Of a stretch of DNA of 64,000 nt, positions 57,781 through 64,000 are shown piece after piece; position 1 is the stretch's first letter; each line of letters opens with the position of its first letter. The DNA is taken from NCBI RefSeq assembly GCF_006345805.1, contig NC_042999.1, positions 102,858,001 to 102,922,000 on the forward strand. Reading direction: 5' to 3'. A model generated the notes under the pieces. It was not told the DNA's origin and ran no database searches. It worked only from the letters and a program-made list of their open reading frames with translations. A program made the position numbers and the translations under genes. This DNA comes from Octopus sinensis. Taxonomy: Eukaryota.

Positions 57781-60503
57781 TGTCTGTCTGTCTATCCATT
57801 TGTAAATGCATACATATACATAATCGTGTATTATCATGCACAGATATATACATATATAAATATTAATATACATGTTTGTGCGTGTGTATGTGATAACCCA
57901 CGTCTATGTATATCTAAATACGCATCATCTAATTGTTTATACTGCATAGATCAATTTCTGAATTGATTAGTATCATATAAGTATTTTTCACAAAAATAAC
58001 ATAACAAAGGCAATATAAATTTATTAAAAAACGCAGCAGAAAATAATATGACTAAAGCAGGTGTTGATACTAAAAACACCAATATTTTAACTTTTGATAG
58101 CAATTTTGTAATGTCGGAACGTATGTAAATTGATTTTTATTTTGTTGCTTCGCAGTTTAAAATTTTGTCATATCGCTTAATAGTATTATGTAAAACTTTT
58201 CCTTGTATATAATATTAGTTATTATACGTGGCAGTCTAAGAAAGATAGTAAATGAGTCTATCTGATTGGTAATGAGGACGAAATATTTGCGAGACTGTTT
58301 CAGTTTTGTGTTTCAAACTGTTGCATATAATATCTAATAATTATACTTATATTTTAGCAGTTATTTTATTGTTAGTTAATTAATCGGCGGAGAAGGAGCG
58401 GAGCCACTTGCAAGGACCCTTTCGTAGCCTGTAAAAATGATGAGGTTGATGTAGTTAATACTTATCTTGAATATGCGCAAGTTAATACCTTTAGAAAGAA
58501 ATAGGGCTGTCAGTGGGTGATAGCTTTGAAGAGTGATTGGTGACATGAGGTAGAGGGTACGATAATCTGAGAAAACCAGTTGTTTTTGTTGATGTTTATT
58601 CCTTGGTCAACTTTGAAGGGAACTACGCGAAGAACATCAACGTTTTGAAGGGCTATTATATATTTAAAGATTATGTTATCTAGTTTTTCATTGTTTAAGA
58701 CATTACAATATAATTTAACGTAAATGTGGTCCCTATAACTTAGTAGATTGAGCATCTAACTGAAAATCATTTAGTTTGAAGAGAAATGGATGCGTGCATT
58801 AGATGATTCAGAAAGGAGAGGATATACAGCTTGTTTGTTCAAAGGAGAAGGAGGGTTTTTAAAGCAGCCATAAACCAGAGAAGAAAGAGTAAATATGTGA
58901 AACATGAAATGTAGTATGCTTGTGAGGCGTGAGCATTTGCCAATCAGTCCAACGATGCTCCTGTATTATAGTTTCACACCAGTTCTGGCTTTGGGGAAAA
59001 TATTGCTTAAAAAGTAGACACACGTAGACTGAAACCTCCTCTTTTCATGCCAAAACATTGAAATATGTATCTGATGATTAATGCTATATTGATTTCTAAA
59101 TTGTGCCATAATGCTACAGATTTTGAGAGTGGAGAATAATCGATTAAATCGACTACAGTATTTGATTGTTGCATGTAGTTTTCCCGGCCATGGAACGTTA
59201 AAAGGAGGCAAAAGATCCAAATCTCAGGAAAGTAAGAACGTAAACCGACCCAACTAAATCCTGCTGATTGTTTTGTCCGTCGACGTAGCGACTCTGGTAA
59301 CCATTGACTTTTGGATGATTATTGTGCTTATTCTCGACATTTAGAATGAAACCACGTATTTAAAATAGAAGTGCAAAATTGATTGTATCATCTTCAATGT
59401 ACAATTTGAAGTCATTCCATAGTCGGCTCTGTAGATCTGAAAGACACTTATTCTATGATTTTTCACTCATTTGTCTGGCGAGTCAATTGAATTACTTATT
59501 GTATCTTCATACTTATTGAACTCAGATCTATTACGTCTGTATATTACCATATTAAAGTCCTTTTGGCATGAAGCAGTTTTAACATTCTATGAATATTATT
59601 CACATATTCGTTCAGTCACCTATTCACTTATTTCTTATTGATTGATTGATTGTGACATATCCTGTAACTCATGTCAATAGATATTAATAATAATTCTTTT
59701 ACGTCATAGAACGAAACGATTGTTAGGTTACTTATCAGCCAAATCAATGAATGTTAGTTATGAATATACATAAGTGATATTTCTTTTTGAAGTGGCTATA
59801 TTCCGCCATTATCTACTTAGATTTTAGAGACAGCGAGGTAGCCTCTGTACAGTCGCTCGCTCTGCTAGGAATAACATAAATTTCTCATATAATACTACCG
59901 TCTTAAATGATGACGGACAAATTGGCATGGCTACGGCTGCAACGTTCTGATTAAAGGTAAGCTTGATTTCAAGATAAGGATTGACTTAGACCAAGCAACA
60001 ACTTCGTCATTAATCTCGTCTGCTTAATTACTTAGGGAAATATACTAATATTAATGTTTTAATATAAATTCATCGAACGTGACACTAGCAATGATTTTTA
60101 ACTATTTTTAAAAGGTTTAAGAACCGAGATAGTGTACATACACCAATATGTCAAAAATAGTGTAAATACATCAATATATCTATCAAGAGTCACGTAAAAA
60201 GAGCAACCATTATATATTTGTGAATATACCCACGTGTATAGCCGTATATCTATATAGATTTAGACATGTATGTATTTATGTTTATTTATGCGGTTTTAAT
60301 TATAACATGGCCGTCATACATTATGTATATCCACACACACACATGCGCACGCGCACGTGTGTTCATATACTTCAGACTGGCTGATTCGACATCGTTTTGC
60401 AAGTGAGAAAACCGGAGAAATTTTCATCTGTCGCTCGCGTGAACATTTCTGGAACGATTAAGATTTGCGTAGCTTTGAAGTATATTGTGGTGTCTTCAAC
60501 ACA

Positions 60504-60553
60504 ATATGCCTATAAAGAGATTTTTTATCCGGAAACACACACACACACACACA

Positions 60554-60607
<54 letters not shown>

Positions 60608-60653
60608 TGTGTGTGTGTGTGTTTCCGGATAAAAAATCTCTTTATAGGCATAT
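60504..60653. repeat. Palindrome centred on (TA)n
   Basis: ATATGCCTATAAAGAGATTTTTTATCCGGAAAC(AC)nAG-(TA)n-CT(GT)nTTCCGGATAAAAAATCTCTTTATAGGCATAT, followed by a direct re-copy of ~24 bp at 60659-60683. Confidence 0.9.
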
Positions 60654-60691
60654 ATATATAAAAAATCTCTTTATAGGCATATATATATATA

Positions 60692-60853
60692 TGACGAGCT
60701 TCTTTCAGTTTGCGTCTACCAAATCCGCTCACAAGGCTTTGGTCGGCCCGAGGCTATAGTAGAAGACACTTGGCCAAGGTACCACATAGTGGGACTGAAC
60801 CCGGAGCCATGTGGTTGGGAAGCAAGCTTCTTACAACCCAGCTACTCCTGCGC
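60692..60853 (-). mobile_element. Family A SINE head half
   Basis: 'GACGAGCTTCTTTCAGTTT...GGGACTGAACCCGGA...CTACTCCTGCG'; the tail half is missing beyond the (TA)n palindrome. Confidence 0.75.
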
Positions 60854-61074
60854 TTATGTGTAACATAATGTAGCATATGCAAGTTTACGACTAACATTTA
60901 TAAAATAAATCTGTTTAGAAATTAAGTAATTATGTAAAGACATGTATGAACAGAAGAAATCTTGATGACACAATTTCGCGAAATCTTGTTTCTCAGTATA
61001 AATGTAGTGACGTGTCACAATGCTCGTATCAAAGGAAACTTATTCGTCGGTGCATTATTTTACGAATTTTTATG

Positions 61075-61110
<36 letters not shown>

Positions 61111-61112
<2 letters not shown>

Positions 61113-61447
61113 CGGAGATGTACTCGCATAGCAAGTGATTTGATCTGAGATCGTGTGCTGGAACGAAAACAATTGCAGCGTGGAAGGTGTTTGTAAGCCA
61201 TTTAAGAAACACACAAAAGCCGTTCGATTCACTTCAACATTTAAGTTTAATTTGTCAAAATATTTTCGTCGCTAAAATCCGCGACCTGTTCATTGACAAA
61301 ATGCAGCACGGATTTTTGTCAGTGAACAGGTCGCGGATTTTAGCGACGAAAATATTTTGACAAATTAAACTTAAATGTTGAAGTGAATCGAACGGCTTTT
61401 GTGTGTTTCTTAAATGGCTTACAAACACCTTCCACGCTGCAATTGTT
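61111..61447. mobile_element. Fold-back element with 134-bp arms between two (TA)n tracts, each arm carrying a hammerhead motif
   Basis: Arms 61168-61301 and 61314-61447 are reverse complements (one mismatch seen) with a 12-nt loop; (TA)n on both flanks. Confidence 0.75.
61315..61364 (+). ncRNA. Type I hammerhead ribozyme, G3-C8 core variant
   Basis: TTTGTCA-GTGAACA-G-GTCGC(GGATTTTA)GCGAC-GAA-AATATT-T-TGACAAA: 7-bp helix I, 5-bp helix II, palindromic helix III. The core GUGAACA swaps C3/G8. An inverted copy on the - strand at 61251-61300 has A at position 3. Confidence 0.65.
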
Positions 61448-61530
61448 ATATATATATATATATATTTGTAAAAAATGAAGTTTGAAAATGCTGCTATATT
61501 AGACAAATTTTTGATTTTTATATATACATT

Positions 61531-61582
61531 ATTTATTTAACATGTTTCGGTTCTTGAAATGACGAACCTTATCAAAAAAAAT
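61531..61582 (-). ncRNA. Type I hammerhead ribozyme, U3-A8 core variant
   Basis: Reverse complement reads ATTTTTT-TTGATAA-GGTTC(GTCATTTCAA)GAACC-GAA-ACATGT-T-AAATAAAT, with palindromic helix III and a GUU triplet; helix I is A/U only. Confidence 0.55.
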
Positions 61583-62637
61583 TTATATATAAAAAAGATA
61601 GTTCATGCTATCAAATATAAAAAATTCATATATAATAAAAAATTCATATATAGTGGAGCGAGTCCATGCTATATGTTTAAAGAGTATGAAGTAGTAGTTC
61701 ATAGTGGTGATATGCATTCAATATAAAAAATTCATGTTCTTGAAAAAGCGAGGAATTCATTTTAGGTTTTACCTTGTGTTCCAATGGGGGCAACTCTGAT
61801 GACTGTTGGTTGGTGTCTGGTCTGTTCGAATATATATATAAAGATTCTTGATAGAATTAGGTACTTAAAAGAATGTGCACCAGGTGGGGCTGAATAAACC
61901 CGTGGTCACCACTAATGGTCGATTAAATATCCAGTTGGATATTCAGGTTGTGCACACAGAAAAAAAACCATCCCTCGAGTATTAAGCGCCTTGGGGCTGG
62001 TCCAAAGTACACGTTGTGTTGATCATACGTTGTTTGGTATACTCCAGAGTGTCCGACGTGTCGCAAATCTCTATGGTGTACTATAAGCAAATGAATAATA
62101 ACAAATGGTGGTTAAATGTCAGCGCATTACGACTGTTTCTTACGCTTTTTTAAATACAAGAATAAGTACATTACATTACTTCAAAAAACCGTAATCATCA
62201 AATGAAACATAATTTCAAATCAATAGCATATCCCAAGAACACAGCAGTAACATGCCTGAAACCAGCCGAAGCTGAGCACGAAATGGGAGAAAAACCAACA
62301 AAAATTGGCTGTTATGAGCATTAGTGGGGTACGGTGAGAAGAGATAATATGATATTTATGGTCAGTGTCCAGGGGCAGAAGCAGTGAATTGAGAATGGAG
62401 AAGCTGCTAAGGCAATTTTAGTGTAGTTTGTTATAATAGGATTAAAAAAGTGTGTAGCAGGAATGAATCAAAGAAAGAAAAGACAAATAGATAAATATAC
62501 ATGTGTGTATTAATCTTCAGAATACTCTGATCACTCGTTTCATGAACCATCTTTTTTTACCCAATGAACGAAGATTTCCGGATCACAGATCAACTGACCA
62601 GCAGCATAACATAATCTTACTATTATAGTAAAAAATT

Positions 62638-62695
62638 ACACATTGAATGCATGCACATTGAGTGCATGCACATTGAGTGCATGCACATTGAGTGC
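62638..62695. repeat. 15-bp tandem repeat x ~4 (CACATTGAGTGCATG)
   Basis: Directly visible; includes the palindrome GTGCATGCAC at unit junctions. Confidence 0.8.
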
Positions 62696-62820
62696 TTTTT
62701 GTCATATATGTATGCACACATATGAAAATATTTACATCTATCTATCCATCTATCTGTGTGTCTGTCTATATATCTAATCATCGGTCAATCTGGCTGTCTA
62801 TTTCTCTCTGTCTCTCTCTG

Positions 62821-62863
<43 letters not shown>

Positions 62864-62959
62864 TAAATACATATGTATATTTATGAAATATATATACATG
62901 CATATGTTATATATATTATATATGAAAATATATATATACATATGTATATATATATATGC

Positions 62960-63081
<122 letters not shown>

Positions 63082-63252
63082 TATATATATATGTGTGTTT
63101 GTATGTATTTATGTATGTATGTTGTGTGTGTATGTATGTATGTATGTATTATGTATGTATGTATGTATGTATGTATGTATGTATGTATGTGTGTATCTTT
63201 ATACGTTTATACGTATACACTTATATTAATATATTACCATTATTTTTTTTAG

Positions 63253-63269
63253 GTGACACAAAGTTCTGA
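63253..63269 (+). CDS. Probable terminal coding exon of the aquaglyceroporin (GDTKF*)
   Basis: Strong polypyrimidine acceptor ttttttttag|GT GAC ACA AAG TTC TGA, phase-compatible with the donor at 55956; AATAAA at 63362-63367. Too short for homology support. Confidence 0.5.
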
Positions 63270-63361
63270 GAGAAAGCTAACAATTCCCCAGACCAAGCCG
63301 AAATCTTTTGATGAGTGATGCTGGCAGTTGTTGAAACTTGTATTTTTTCCCCCTTTCCAAT

Positions 63362-63367
63362 AATAAA
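63362..63367 (+). promoter_or_regulatory. Candidate polyadenylation signal AATAAA
   Basis: About 90 nt downstream of the candidate stop codon; the hexamer is common in AT-rich DNA. Confidence 0.3.
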
Positions 63368-64000
63368 ATACTGTTGGCACCACAAAATGGTATCTAACTC
63401 TGTGAACCTATTAGTATTGTATATCTCATGCGAGACTATATACGAATAAGAATATGTACATATTTAAGTATTGGCGAATCGTTGTATGCGGCAAGGAATA
63501 TGCGTGTGTTTATGGATGTAACGTAATTTACGTGGATTGGCGTGCATATGCATGTGTGAGTGTTTGTGTTCATAATCTGTCTGTGTTTGTATGTATGTGT
63601 ATGTGTGTGGAGCGGTTCTTTTTATTTCACTGTCAATGTCCATGTCTTATTGTGTATGTTCAGTACATAATCACACACACACGCGCGCGCGCGCGTGTGC
63701 ACACACCGCTATTACGTCTGTTTTTTTTTTCTTTTAAAAGGTTTCTGTATGCTAATATTGTTTCTTTCTCTATGTATTTTTTTAAATGAGAATTAAGACA
63801 TGGAAGATATATGGTAGAATCTATGCATCTAACCTTAGACTACTACAATTGATACAATATTAACACTTTATACACACCCACACACCCACACCACATACAC
63901 ACTCACGCACACATATATACATACATATATATTTCTACACACACGCACATATGTATGTGTGTGTGCGCAATTTAATATATATTTATGTGTGTGTGTGTGT

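Overview
AT-rich, microsatellite-saturated metazoan DNA. The SINE families and (TA)/(CA)/(TACA) tracts suggest an octopus (coleoid cephalopod) genome; this is an inference. One host gene can be reconstructed: a + strand, multi-exon aquaglyceroporin (AQP3/7/9/10-GlpF type) with exons at 21019-21130, 21760-21897, 31485-31597, 36852-37066, 55793-55956 and a probable last exon at 63253-63269. I could not locate its first coding exon. The channel is atypical: NPV/NPA motifs, NPAID instead of NPARD, and apparent loss of both the aromatic residue and the Arg of the ar/R filter. The rest is mobile DNA: tRNA-derived SINEs, CR1-type LINEs, R4/Dong-like and HERO-like LINE fragments, Tc1/mariner remnants, Helitron-like elements, MITEs and a 48/51-bp minisatellite. 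The most striking hidden signal is a set of short elements inserted in (TA)n tracts. They carry minimal type-I hammerhead ribozymes with family-specific palindromic helix III, including G3-C8 and U3-A8 core variants, and often have inverted-duplicated ends, as expected for Penelope-like pseudo-LTR or retrozyme-like elements. There are also long fold-back palindromes centred on (TA)n. Nearly all entries in the ORF track are microsatellite or repeat artefacts. All folds and alignments were done by eye, and repeat boundaries are approximate.
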